This document shows, in pieces, positions 1 to 12,560 of a stretch of DNA of 64,000 nt (position 1 is its first letter; each line of letters starts with the position of its first letter). Both the position numbers and the translations under genes were made by a program. The stretch covers positions 67,022,001 to 67,086,000 of the forward strand of contig NC_135882.1 in assembly GCF_964194155.1 (NCBI RefSeq), written 5' to 3'. The notes beneath the pieces were generated by a model. It had not been told where the DNA came from. It searched no databases and worked only from the letters and a program-made list of their open reading frames with translations. This stretch comes from Cetorhinus maximus. Lineage: Eukaryota.

Positions 1-1714
1 CATGGCGCTCGGACATGAGGTTCATTGCGATAGTCCGCGTAGACTCCTCCACCACGGACACCAAGCCAAGCATAGCCTCATGTATCTCCCCCAGTTGCTC
101 CACACCAGGCTGCATTTCCTGCATTTGCTGTGTCACGGATGACTCCAGAGGCACATCATCAGGCACCGACTTAGCATGTGCCTGGTTCCCTTCAGTCCTC
201 TGACTGCTGGTCCATGGGCACTCTCTGTCTCTGCCAGCTCCTCCAGTGACTGTGAAGTGCCCTCACCGCTGTGCCCCAGGACACTCGCCGATGTTCTAAC
301 TCCCACCGAGGTGCTAGTATCTGCGCTGGTACCTGCCTGGCAGAGATGGTGTGACGCTGGTGAGACTTCAGGGCCCTCAGGTGTGAGAGGGGGCCTCTGC
401 TGCTCCTCCTCCCGGCCCTGCTCCGCTGATGCTGAAAGGAAGAACAAGGACATTAGATCAGTTAACATGGAGACAATGTCAGTGTGCATCCCTGTCCCCC
501 GGATCATCATGTGCTCATCCTTCCATAAGCAATTGTCAAACAATGTTGCAAACTTCGATCACTGAACATTCAGCACTGCCATGGCTGTTGGGAGAACAAT
601 GGTGACCTCGCTGCTGGGCATACATACCTGCACATGGCACCCCAGCCTCACCGACACCGGTGGACCTGGGTGCATGGTGCCTCTCCAAATCTAGGGCCTC
701 CTGCTCAAAGCGGCAGAGAATCACCAACTGGGCCGACCCTCTTCCAGTCCTCACCCACCAGTCCTCAACCACTTGGCGGCATTATGTGCATTCTTCTCCT
801 GAAAAGGAGAGAAGAGCATTGATTAGTACTACTTGTACCTGGACTCTGTTCGCGGATGGCCCACCCCAACCAGAGTGGGACATATCAGGGCACCAGTGCC
901 TCCTCACCCCGCTGCTGTCGAACACTCACACAAAGATGCTAGGCCTGTTCCCCACTCCCCCACCCCCTTGGCCAAATGCTGCCTACATCACATCAGGCAC
1001 CACATGGTCCAACCTTCCATAGCAAGGAGGTGCACACATGTGGAGCGCAGAGGACAGCAGATCAATTGGTGTTACGCCACATTGAAGCTCCCCTCCCAGC
1101 ATGTCATCACCCTGACTTTTACATGTCCTGGAGTTCCAGCACTGCGCCTAGGTGCAGCTCCTCCAGGTTGTCCAAAAACAGTCAGGTGGGTCTCAGTGTA
1201 CCACATGGTGCGGGCGCAGAACCCATCTCTTCACCACCCTCTCAGGCTGACCTTGGCATGGGCAATATCTGCTGGCCACCCAGAGAAGGACACATACCGT
1301 CAATGATTCAATGCAGTCACTACACTCAGACTTGGGGGGCGGGGGGGGGGGGTGGGGGGGAGGGGGGGGTGGCACCAGGGGGAAAAGCCTACCTGCTGGG
1401 TTAAGTGATCAATGTCAACATTGTCCTCACCCTTCCTGAGCACAGCAGGTCGTTGAAGTGCTTGCGACACTGGATCCAGGTGCGCCGCACCACGTTGCGG
1501 GAGCTCACCACCTCCTCCCAGGCACGTTTCGTCTTGTGGGGGGGGCCTCCTCCTCCCGTCCTGGGGAACCAGGACCTCCCGCCGTGCAGCCACCTCCTCG
1601 AGGAGGGCAGCAAGGCAATCATCGGAAAAACGAGGGGCACAGTGCCCCCCCTGCCCTACCCTCCTGCCTGGCCTGCACACCAGCAACGCTCTGGGAAGCC
1701 CTTCCACTGGCCAT
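1..1714 (-). pseudogene. Harbinger Myb/SANT-like DNA-binding protein gene, spliced, frameshifted, 3' end outside window
   Basis: ATG at 1714; exon 1 to 1431 (AGG|gtgagg); exon 2 about 796-629 (ttttcag|GAGAAG...|gtatgt); exon 3 from about 432 (ctttcag|CATCAG). Exon 1 has a frameshift. Confidence 0.8.
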
Positions 1715-1969
1715 GATTCACAGCCTTGGAAAAGCTGCAGCAACTTTTTAAAACAGGCCCCCGGGTCCCCATTGGACCTGGCGATCATTGCAGACCCGCC
1801 GTCACCCATCCATTCCCGCTGTTCTCGGGAGCCGCGATTCACACCAGGCAGGACTTAATTGGCCCACCCGCGTAAAATAGTGGCACGGACCCGTGGGTGG
1901 TGATCAGGTCCACGTCCATCTGCACTCGCTCCAGCTGCGACCCCCCCCACCAGTCAAAAAATTCAGCCC
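1..1969 (+). mobile_element. PIF/Harbinger DNA transposon, right part (runs off window start); carries Myb/SANT gene remnant on - strand
   Basis: Colinear and highly similar by eye to 45446-47379. Ends in TIR AAAAAATTCAGCCC at 1969. Minus-strand ORF pieces APRFSDDCLAALLEEV...RRTWIQCRKHFNDLL are a Myb/SANT-like domain. Confidence 0.9.
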
Positions 1970-1984
1970 ATAAACTTCAGAATT

Positions 1985-4180
1985 GTAACAAGTTGTCAAA
2001 CGTGATTTTCCTTTCACAAAATTATGTTGACTCTGCTTGATTGTATTATGATTTTCTAAATGACCTGCTACTATTTCTTTAGTAATGGGTTGCAGCATTT
2101 TCTCAATGACAGACGTTAGGCTTACTGGCCTATAATTTCCTGCCTACTGTCTCCCTCTTTGCTTGAATAAGGGTGTTACATTTGCAGTTTTCTAATCCGC
2201 TGGGACCTTTCCAGAGTCTAGGGAATTTTGGAAGATTAACCAATGCATCCACTATTTCTGTAGCCACTTATTTTAAGTACCTAGGTTGCAGGAAATCTGG
2301 TCCAGGGGACTTGTGAGCCCTTAGTCCAATTAGTTCACCTAATACATTTTCTCTAGTGATAGTGATTGTTTTATGTTCTTCCCTCCCTTTTTCCCCCTGA
2401 TTTTCCACTATTCTCGTGATGATTTTTGTGTCTTCTACCATGAAGACGGATATAAAATATTTGTTCAAGTCTGCTATTTCCTTGTTTCCCATTATTAATT
2501 CTCCAGTATCATCCTCTAAAGGACCAACAATTAATTTAGCTACTCTCTTCCTTTTCACATACTTGTCAGAGCTCTTAGTGACCATTTTTATATTTCCTGC
2601 TAGATTGCTCATATTCAATTTTCTCCCTCTTTATTATCTTTTAGTCAACTTTGTTGGTTTCTAAAGTTTTCACAATTTTCTTGCCTGCCACTAACCTTTG
2701 CAGCATTTTACGTCTTTCAATTTTATGTCATCCTTAAGTTCTTTAGTTTTCCATGGGTAGTGCATACTTCTCATACTTCGCATTTTTTTCTAAACGGGAT
2801 ATATCTTTGTTGAGAGTTATGAAATATCTTCTTAAATGTCTGCTACTTCTGGCCTGCTGTCTTACCTTTTAAGCTCCAATCTCCTGTAGCAAACTCTGTC
2901 TTCATACCTTTGTATTTGCTTTTATTGAAGTTTAAAGCACTAGTTTCAGATCCAAGTAACACAGCCTTAAATTGAATGTGAAATTCCAATATGATATAAT
3001 CACTCTTTCCTAGATGATCCTTTATTACAAGATCATCAATTGACCGTGTATCATTGCACATTACCAGGCTTAAACTAACCTATTTTCTGGTTGGTTCCAG
3101 AAAGTACTGCTCTCTGAAACCATCCCAAATCACTCTATGAACTCAGCCTCAAGACAACTTTTGCCAATTTGATTGTCCAATATACATGAAGATTAAAATC
3201 ACTCACAATTATTGCAATTCCTTTCTTACAAGCTTCATTATTTCTTGATGTATACTCTGTCCTTCAATGTAGCTACTCTGTTAGGGGGCCTATAAACTGC
3301 TCCCACTGGAGCAACAGTGCAGCTTCCTCTTTCCCCGGTGCTGGTGCCAGTGCCCAATGAATCAAACCCATTTCTCCCAAACCAACATGAGTCATGCATT
3401 CAACTCTGATCTTATTTACCTTATGCCAATTTGCTTGTGGCTCGGGTAGTAATCCAGAGAAAATTACCCTTGTGGTTCTGCTTTTTAATTATAGTCCCCA
3501 GCTGCTCATATTCCCTTAGCAGAACTTATTTCTTAGTCCTACCTATGTTGTTGGTACCTGCATGGACCAGAACAATGGGACCCTTCCTAGCCCACTTCTC
3601 CATCCCCGAGGAGATGTCCTTAGCCCTGGCAACAGACAAGCAAATCAACCTTTGGGATTCACACTCTCTGCTGCAGAGAACAGTAACTTTCCCCCTAACT
3701 ATACCGTCTCCTATGACTACTGCGTTCCTTTTCACTCTCCCACTCGAATGGCCCTCTGTACCATGGTGCTGTCATCACTTTGTTCATCCTCCCTAGTCCT
3801 GGTTCTCATCCACACAGGCTGCAAGAACTTGAACCTGTTGAACAAGTGAAAGGGCTGAGGATCCTCCAACGTTACCTTCTGAATCCCCATAGCTGCTTTG
3901 CTGGTAGTCACATTCTCCTGTCTCTGATCATGGACTAGATCTGAAGCACCAAACCTAAGGGTTGTGACTGCATCCTAGAGTAAAATGTCTGGGTAACTTT
4001 CTCCCTCCCTGATGTGTCGTAGTGTCCAAAGCTTGGACTCCAGCTCATCAATTCTGAGCCGAGCTTCCTCGAGCTACAGACACTTACTGCAGATGCGGTT
4101 ACTGTGGCTCACACAGATGTCCACCAGATCCCACATGATGCAGTTGCAAAATATCACCTTCCCCTCCATCTTTATGGTAT
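1985..4180 (-). mobile_element. CR1 LINE, degenerate 5' part (ORF1 zinc-finger/coiled-coil plus SGNH esterase, and ORF2 endonuclease region)
   Basis: Minus-strand fragments NAVVIGDGIVRG...IVLVHAGTNNIGR (esterase), DHLGKSDYIILEF (endonuclease C-terminus), LMGLRAHKSPGPD-like, IKQSQHNFVKGKS; many stops and frameshifts. Confidence 0.85.
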
Positions 4181-5533
4181 TTTGTTTAAATAAGTAGGTT
4201 TTAAGTTTATAAATACCACTCAATGATAGTTATATTAAGCAGCTTAACTAGTTAATCCATAATTTTAATACTATACTGATATCCCCGGTAGTAGTTTAAA
4301 CTGCTTCCCCAGTTAAGAGAAAAAAGGAATCTTAAAACTCACCAATGATTACCTAATTAATGCTACTGGACTTCAGCTCTCAGGTCTCGCTGTCTATTGT
4401 TCCCTCTCTTGGATCACTCTTTGTCTTGTAAAAGATGTCAAACTGCATCTTGTCAAAGGAGATGTAGTTTGTGGCTTTGGCAAACAAAGCAGATGTGACC
4501 TGGGTAATACAGTTGTGTGCTGAAGATTGTTAAACTTTGTACATGTCACCCTCCACTTCCCTGATAGGAGCCAGAATCAAAGAAATTGAGGGCTGTGTTG
4601 GCCTTGAGAGCCATGGGCAATGCAAGGCCGCCTACTTCTCTTGGGTGGAGTCCTGCTTTCAGAAGGCTGCAGATGTCTTTGACTACTTGCTATGAAAGCC
4701 TGAAACTTCTGAGACACTGTTGTTTGGACACGTTGAGGAAGTTCATCCTTGGCCTGTAGGCCCTGTGCTGAGGGTATCTCCTCCTTCAAGATGCGGCCCT
4801 GTGTTCATTCCCTCTGTCGAGCTGCCTGTGGCTGTGGACAAAGCAATTGCTGCCATTGGAATTGCATTCCTCTTACTGTTGCTGCTGGTCTGGATCAAGC
4901 TGCTGCTCTGCCTCAGAGCTCTAAGCTACTGCAGCATAAATAACTCCCATGTTGCAATGAAGTCTCAAAAAAGAGAAATTGAGATTCAGCTCTGTAAACC
5001 TTAAGGCACTTGAAAGTTAGTACGCAAAGTTGAAGTTCCCAAGTAAAGTATCGAATTCTGGCTGAAAGAACTCCTCCTGTCAATGTTAGCCTTTCACTGT
5101 GGTGTCAATTTCAACCTTAAGTACTATTGCTAGCAGGTCAATTTTATTGAACAATGACTTCCTGCTGTGCTCTCGCCCCCTCCAACCTGGCAAAATGTAG
5201 AGATATCATGGATCCTGTGCATTGGCTGGGAAAATCAGAATGTAGGGTTAAAGGATGACTTAACTGTCTAAAATAAAAAAACCCAGAAAATTCTGGAAAT
5301 ATTAACCAGGTCTGGCAGCATTTGTGGAGAGAGAAACAGAGTCAAGGGCCTGGATTTTCACAGACTCGCAGAGTCTCCAGGGACCTTTCAAAATGCTGGG
5401 TGGGTCCTGTATCCAAAAGTTCCCCCTGCATTTCTGACAGATCCTATTTTCGCTGGAGGCAGGGGGAGAGAGGGGCGTGACTCCCACATGTGGGAAACCC
5501 GAACTCAGGAGGGCCATTTGAACTCAGCACTAA

Positions 5534-5880
5534 GGGGAGGCGATGGTGTAGTGCTATTATTGCTGGACTAGTGATCCAGAGACCCAGGGTAACGCTCTGC
5601 ATACCCGGGTTTGAATCCTGCCATGGCAGATGGTGGTATTTGAATTCAATAAAAACCTGGAATTATAAAGTCTGATGATGACCATGGAACCATTGTCAAT
5701 TGTTCTAAAAACCCATCTGCCTAACTAATGCCCTTTAGGGAAGGAAATTTGCTGTCCTACATGTGACTCTAGACCCACAGCAATGTGGTTGACTCTTAAA
5801 TTCCACCTGAACAAGGGATTGGTAATAAAATGCTGGCCCGGCCAGCGACACCCACATCTCATTAACAAATAGAAAAGAAA
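5534..5880 (+). mobile_element. tRNA-derived SINE
   Basis: A-box-like TGGTGTAGTGC and B-box GGTTTGAATCC, conserved body, A-rich tail; matches the copy at 37972-38305. Confidence 0.85.
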
Positions 5881-5964
5881 GTTTAAACAAACCCTATTTT
5901 TGCTACAGCAAGGAGTTACAAAGCTTCAGAGAAGTTCTAAATGCGCTTGAAGGGCGGATAAAGT

Positions 5965-6218
5965 CTGTCAAGTTATTTAAATACACAGCCCTTTAAAAAT
6001 CGAAAAGAAACTGCCTGTGTCTGTGAGAGTTGAAAAAAATCTCAAGCTGTCAGTTATTTAAATGGCCAGTCAGATAAAAATTGAAAAGAAAACTCCCTGC
6101 CTATGTCTGTGACAGTTGGGGGGAAAAAACTCAAGCTGTCAAGTTATTTAAATGGGCAGGACTTAAAAAATAGAAAAAAATCAGCCTGCCTGTGCCTGTG
6201 AGAGTTGTAAAAAACATC
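5965..6218. repeat. Degenerate tandem repeat, ~85-bp unit x3
   Basis: Unit ctgtcaagttatttaaat...gaaaagaaa...tgcctgtg.ctgtgagagttg starts near 5965, 6047 and 6136. Confidence 0.8.
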
Positions 6219-7889
6219 TTGCACCTGCCCCCACTCAGAACTAAGATCCTGCCATTTGGAGCACGATTTCCTGACGCAGGTATACCGAGCCAGGAAATTT
6301 CTTGACTTGAGCTATCTGATTTGGGAGCAAAAATCCAGGCCAACATTTCAGGCCAATTACCTTTCATCAGAACTCAGAATGGATCCTGACCCAAAATCAC
6401 TTTCAAGTAATTTAATTCCCCACAGGCACCAAAACCAAGCTCCTATTGCCTGGGAAAATTCCCCTCCCCCAGCCTTTCTGTTTAAAAATAAATGCTTTTG
6501 AAATTTGACCTGTATCTTTCTTCAAATACACCAAACAAACAATATTATTGACTGAAGAGAGGTATTTTACCTTAGGTCATCATTCCTTCATCATTGCTAG
6601 GCCAGAATCCTAGGATTCCCTACCTAGCCCCATCATGTAACACCATGATTGCAAACACTGTGTTGATTTAAGAGAAAAGGCCTGAGGGCAGCTACGACTA
6701 AATGAGGAGCAGCACTTGCTGCCTGCTTTGCTCACATAGCAAGAAGGTTTTTTTTTAATCTGAAGAAATGTTATGCATCCATACTTAGAAATTGTGCACA
6801 ATGCATAAATTCAAGCTGCAGGAACTGTCTCCAGCCAATAGAGCCACAGCCCAGCCTAAAATATCAAGTGCAAGTCCATTCTTTTGGAGGAGGCTGTAAT
6901 ACTCAAATTAAAAATTTAACTGGTAATACTCAAAGACACAAAAGGTACCTTTATAGTTCATGTTTAATCATGTCATTCTGAAATATATAGCATTTACATA
7001 GCAACCTTCTTTTGGAAATTTGAAAAGTCAGTTACTGAGAAAATATAACTGATTTTTTTTTTCAATCTATTATGCTTTGCTTGGTTTACCTTCTGTCTTT
7101 TATTGTCAACTTCTCTTGATTGTTCATTTAGGGTGCAATGCTTTCATGAATCCTTCATAGCTTCAAATTGGTATTTTCTGCCATTCTCCTTTCACTTTTT
7201 GCATGTTTCACATTTCCTGAATTCTGATTTGCTGAGACAATTAACTGAATGTGACATCATAAGTGCGATGTTACAGGAAGTAAGTCTCACACTTACAGGA
7301 AATGTGCACATATATAAGACTTTTAACATATTACCAATAGATAGATATCCTGTGGTGTTGTTCACAAAAATTGAGAGGATGTATTATTTTTAACAATAAA
7401 ATTTTTAATAACAATGCCTGTTGGGGAAGTGTTACAGGGCTACCTACAGGAAATGTGTTCAATATACAATCTTTGCAATATATGATATATGGACAGATGC
7501 ACAGAGAGACGGATATTCTTGGCTTAGTTGGTAAGATTTCTGAGTGAAAAGATTTTGTGTTGTTCCTCCCTCAAATACCAAATGAGTGTAAGAGGATATA
7601 TTTCAAAACTTTCTGTTTCTGGTATACACAGCTTCGCTCTTGAGAAATGCCAATCAGCAACCCAGATGCAGGGGTTAGTGGGCCCCATGGGATTTTGCAT
7701 TCATTAAAACTAAATCCCATATGCCTACTGACATCTATACCCTTATTCTTGTTGTGCAATGCCAACTGATAAAACTCCTCAGTAAATTGCAATATTTTAA
7801 AACCTATGCTGCAAAGTAGCTGACACTCATTTTCTGTATTGTTTCATTGTACATAATGCTGTGCTTTGGGTAAGATGCTAAAGCAAGAC

Positions 7890-8150
7890 TCATGACTTGG
7901 TTTCTCAAGTCAATGTTAAAGATCCTATGGCACTTTTTGGAGAACTGGTGTTCTGCATGGTGAACTGGCCAATATTGTTTCATCAATCACCACCAAAAGC
8001 AATTAATCATTCATTGCATTTGTGTATGTGGATCTTCCTGTGTGTTTGCCTATGTAGAAAGTAATTACACTTCACAGCAATTAAATGTTTGTGTGAAAAT
8101 TTGTGAAAGTTTCTGAGAAATTTGATAAGGTGCAATATAAATATAGTTTT
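7890..8150 (+). mobile_element. DeuSINE-type SINE remnant
   Basis: gttaaagatcctatggcacttttt...tggccaatatt...tgataaggtgcaatataaat resembles the Deu domain plus L2-like tail, as at 42260-42570. Confidence 0.55.
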
Positions 8151-8154
8151 ATTT

Positions 8155-8700
8155 TTATTCATTCTTTCATGGTAAAGCCAGCATTTAATATAAAATAAAA
8201 CCAGAAAATGCTGGAAAAACTAAGCAGGTCTGGCAGCATCTGTGGAGAGAGAAACAGAGTTAACATTTCAAGTCCAATATGACTCTGCTTCAGAACAAAA
8301 GAGTTTTTCCAGCATTTTCTGTTTTTATTTCAGATTTCCAGCATCTTCCTTTAATTTTAAGATCAGCATTTGTTGTCCATCCCTAATTGCCCTTGAACTT
8401 GCTAGGCCATTTCAGAGGGATGTGAAGAGTAAACTAACCATATCGCAGTGGACTTGGAGTCACATATACGCCAGACACGGTAAGGGCAGCAGATTTCCTT
8501 CCTTAAAGGTCATTAGTGAACCAGATGGGTTTTTAACAACAATTAATGTTAGGCTCATGGTCACCATTACTGAAAGTAGCTTTACATTCCAGATTTTATT
8601 AATTGAATTTAAATTCCACCAGCTACTATGGTGAGCGTTGAACCCATGTCCTCAGAGTATTAGCCTGGGCCCCAGTGACATTACCACTACATCTTCCCCT
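8155..8700 (-). mobile_element. tRNA-derived SINE (reverse) interrupted by a Penelope-type fold-back repeat at ~8190-8350
   Basis: Reverse complement of the SINE body (cattagtgaaccagatgggttttt...). The insert has inverted arms agaaaatgctggaaaaact / agtttttccagcattttct. Confidence 0.75.
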
Positions 8701-9429
8701 TACCATTACACACCTTTTAATGATATTGTATAAGCATACCACACTGAATATGATTGGTAAGTGGCATAATTATATTAGTTTTTACAATGGGCGACAATTA
8801 GGAACCTCTGATACATAAAAACATTAAAGCATCGAAAAGCCACTGTTGTCCCTTTGGGCAGTTTTTGGTCAAGTTCAGGTCCTGGAGTTTCCAGATGCCC
8901 CAGTGGTTATAATTACACAGCGTCTTTGAAAGGACTGTCCAGTTAGTCCCACACCCCTGCTCTTTCCCCATAACCCTGCCAGTATTTACCAATTCCTTTT
9001 TGAAAAGCTACTACTGAATCTGTTTCCAACATCCTGCTAGGCAATGCATTCTAGATCACAACAATTTGCCATACAAACGAAAATCGAACCTCTGGCTCTT
9101 TTGCTAATTTCCCCATTTCTGTGCCCTCTAGCTATGAACGCTCCTGTCAGTGGGAACAATTTCAAAAACAATTTCACCTATGTATGTAGTCTATGATTTG
9201 CAGAGCTGACTATACAGGAGGGTGTTTGTCGTGATATTCATGATTAATGCGAATGAGAAATTTAAAACAATTTATACATCGAACTGGAATTTGTTTTTCC
9301 TACACATTGCATGAGCACTAAAATAAGTCCTTTTAGAGGTAATGAGTGATGCCTTATGGTGCATCTCTGTTTACAGTTACAAGTGTCCTTTTAGCATCCG
9401 AGAAGGAAAAAAACTGGAAATGTTCCCTT

Positions 9430-9587
9430 TGTTTGCATTGGCTCAATTTCCCCGATGCTTTCGCCTGTCTCGCTGTCCAATAGAAGGCAGCGATGAGGGC
9501 GCCAGTCTATAGGGTGTGCACTGCTGCTGGCGGCCGCGGGCTGCCTCACACCTGGCTGACGCTGGAGCTGCTGCAAAAGACTGCAAC
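9430..9587 (+). promoter_or_regulatory. Putative promoter/5'UTR of the SERINC gene
   Basis: ATTGG (9437-9441) and CCAAT (9477-9481) boxes 40 bp apart, and a locally CpG-enriched stretch (GGCGGCCGCGGG), just upstream of the exon 1 ATG. Confidence 0.6.
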
Positions 9588-9623
9588 ATGGGCTGGCGCT
9601 TAGTGACCACTGTCAGCAACTGG
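9588..9623 (+). CDS. serinc3: Serine incorporator (SERINC1/3-like), coding exon 1
   Basis: gcaacATGG context; MGWRLVTTVSNW|gtgaga, phase 0, ends in Trp like MG...ASW| of SERINC1/3; in frame with exon 2. Paralog assignment is tentative. Confidence 0.8.
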
Positions 9624-10562
9624 GTGAGAACAGAGCTTTAACCCTGTATCACAATTAGCATCTTACTCTCGGTGCATGCAGCTTCTGACATTAGGGGGAG
9701 GTTGAGTAGCTTTGTAAAATGTCCCTGTTCTCTCCGCGGTAACCCGGCTTTGAGAAAGTGTTGGAGAAGGAGGTTTCTGACGGGTATCTGCGTGTTTGTG
9801 TATGTGTCTGGGAACGGACGTGCTCCTTCAAGTCGTCTCCTTTCTCTGTTGTGACAATACTTAAAACGCTGGGGGAAATAATCCGTTTTTGAAATCGAAC
9901 ATTTATGCCTGCAGCTAAGAATTGCAAATGTATTTTTTGTGTGTGAGCTGTTGGGCTGAGTACATTCTTTTCTGTGAGCATTTATGAATTGTCCTTTCTA
10001 CTTTGTTGCTGGACATACTCTCCAGTCAACAGTTACATGTTTGGTATTGCGTTATACATGATCTATCCTAAACGGCAGCTTTTACTCAGGTATGTTTATT
10101 TTGTCAGGTTTAATTTATTTACATTTAATTAACAGTCTATATTTTCATAATTTATTGAATACACCAATCGATGACCGTGTAATTCCAGATACCACGCGCC
10201 CTGCTGTGAAAGATTTAATACTGAAATGAAATTCACTTCCATTGCTGTAATGTCCTAATGGTTTCACAGCACATTTGTTTTATATCTCAGATGTACTGAC
10301 CAGTTCCAAGATAAAAAGCTCTTCATACTTACCTGGTGTGTGACTGCTTATGTGCATTGCTTATATTTCAGGTTATATTATGCTGTTGACACTTTCCAGT
10401 TCTTTTTTCAATTTCTGACTTTTCTTCTCTCCTGTTGTTTTATTCTCTGTCGCGCAGGCTCCCTTCACACCCTTCGTATTGTTTCTATCCTGTGTCCTTC
10501 ATATTATCCTTCTCTTTGATCCCTCTTGCTCTTGTCTTCTTCCCAGGCTCCTACACCTCGAT

Positions 10563-10814
10563 AAAAACAGAATTACCTCGAAAAACTCAGCAGGTCTGGC
10601 AGCATCGGCGGAGAAGAAAAGAGTCGACGTTTCGAGTCCTCATGACCCTTCAACAGAACTGAGTTCTGAGAACTTGGGTTCTGTTGAAGGGTCGTGAGGA
10701 CTCGAAACGTCGACTCTTTTCTTCTCCGCCGATGCTGCCAGACCTGCTGAGTTTTTCCAGGTAATTCTGTTTTTGTTTTGGATTTCCAGCATCCGCAGTA
10801 GTTTTTTGTTTTTA
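10563..10814. mobile_element. Penelope-type palindromic non-autonomous element with target-site duplication
   Basis: Near-perfect ~100-bp inverted arms (10563-10660 / 10676-10775), flanked by TCCTACACCT(C/T)GAT at 10549-10562 and 10815-10828. Confidence 0.85.
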
Positions 10815-12093
10815 TCCTACACCTTGATGTTTGCTGGCTTCTGTTGTCATAATGAGGGTTTGGGAACCTATTGAAAGGAAGTCAGCTCTAACCTTTAAGT
10901 GAGTTGAAACTGGTTTCCAGTGAAAATAACCTGATTTCCAATGTGAAGGGAGTTTGGGGTAATGCAATAGCCCTGTAATTTTCTCAGACCCTCACTGTGA
11001 AAACAGGAACTAGTAAACACTTGAGGTGTCCACTTTGACTTTGGGCAACCGACCACTAAAGTGCACTGATTGGCCACCCTATATGGTGGTGTCGAGTCAC
11101 CCCACACCCATGATTTTTAGGCCCTAGCTTCGTTTCAATTTGGCAGGTGAACTGTGGGTCACTTAACAATCATCCGAATGCAACTCACCAAATTACAGCT
11201 TCAAGACCAGGCCATGGCTGCTGCCAGCAAGATAAATTACAGGTTGAGGGGGATTCTTGGTTGCAGATAACTGGGGCCCTGGGACAGCCCATAGTATTTT
11301 TGCAGGTTCCTGGAAGAGCATTTCTTCTCTTATAGGGTCTACCAAAATAATTTGACACATACCTTTGGCTAATTCAGTTCTCTCCCTCATGTAAATACCA
11401 CTTAAAATGGCAAACATGGTCCCTATTTGCCCGGTTTCCATATTAGAAGGGTCCAATCACCAGAAAAAATTGAGTACCTCAGACCCTTTCAAAATGGCGG
11501 CAATAATGAGGTCACTACAGCTGTGTTAATACCAGGTGAAGGCAGTAAACATTGTCTCCTCACTGAGACAAATATTGAATAGGAGAGGAACAAGTACACA
11601 TATTGGCCTAGATTTTGAGGTGGTAATAATGGGGAAGCTATCAACATTTGCCTTCATTACATTGAAACTGTCAGCAACTTCTGGTGTCCACACATGCGCA
11701 GAAATTGTTGTCAGGGATATCCTACTCCTCCACAGAGTGCACTGTTTGTAGTCTTCGCATGTGCAATCAGCACAGAAATCAGTGAAAATGTTATGCCTTT
11801 TTGAATGTAACTGAGTTTTTAATGGCATATGGCTGAATAACCTCTCTGGCCGTGAAAACTTAATTTTAGAAGACTGGCATGCGATTCCCTCCATTCCATG
11901 GTTAAAGTTCCATAGATTTTTAAAAAGTAATATTTTTATTTTATTTTTACCACATTTGTTTAAAATATTGTAGCTTCTATCTTAATCCCACGTGTCTGTC
12001 ACATCCTTTGTTTTGGTTTCTGTAACATGATTAAAAAGTGATTGATAATCACTTCCTGGTTTGCTGTGTGTCGGAATTCTCCAATCTGATTGG

Positions 12094-12560
12094 AGAATGC
12101 AGAGGAGATTTACCAGGATGTTGCCTGGGCTGGAGAGTTTTAGTTATGAGGAGTGATTGGATAGACCGGGGTTATTTTCCTTGGAGCAGAGGAGATTGAG
12201 GGGGGGCATGATTGAGGTGTATAAAATTATGAGGGGCGTAGATAGGGTAGACAGGAAGGAACTTTTCCCTTGGTGGAGGGATCAATAACCAGGGGGCATA
12301 GAGGTTTAGAGAGGATGTGAGGAAAAAAATTTTCACCCAGAGGTTGGTGGGAACCTGGAACTCACTGCCTGAAAGGGTGGTAGAGACAGAAACCCTCATA
12401 ACATTTAAGAAGTATTTGGATGTGCACTTGCGATGCCATGGCATACAAGGCTGGAAAGTGCTGGAAAATGGGATTAGAATAGTTAGATACTTGTTTGACT
12501 GGCACAGACTTGATGGGCCGAAGGGCCTTTTTCTGTGCTCTAGATCTCTATGACTCTATG
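12094..12560 (+). mobile_element. CR1 LINE 3' end
   Basis: QRRFTRMLPGL...[18 protein letters not shown]...FKKYLD; tail gatgggccgaagggcct...tctatgactctatg; flanked by TGATTGG. Confidence 0.9.

Larger units (their letters stand above)
5347..6341. mobile_element. Harbinger-family MITE containing a SINE and a 3-copy ~85-bp tandem repeat
   Basis: TIRs GGCCTGGATTTT (5347) and AAAATCCAGGCC (6341); flanks AAG/AAC. Confidence 0.8.
5265..6372 (-). mobile_element. Penelope-type short repeat arm split by a Harbinger MITE (pieces 5265-5346 and 6342-6372)
   Basis: ccaggtctggcagcatttgtggagagagaaacagagtcaa...catttcaggccaattacctttcatcagaact rejoins to match the uninterrupted copy at 8200-8295. Confidence 0.7.

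Noticed and set aside
4560-4960. Coding-like GC-richer stretch (ORFs 4577-4789 and 4720-5004)
   Set aside because: No recognisable motif or splice structure; probably unclassified retroelement debris.
5965-6218. Repeat-spacer pattern suggestive of a CRISPR array
   Set aside because: Eukaryotic context; whole units are degenerate tandem copies with no unique spacers and no cas genes.
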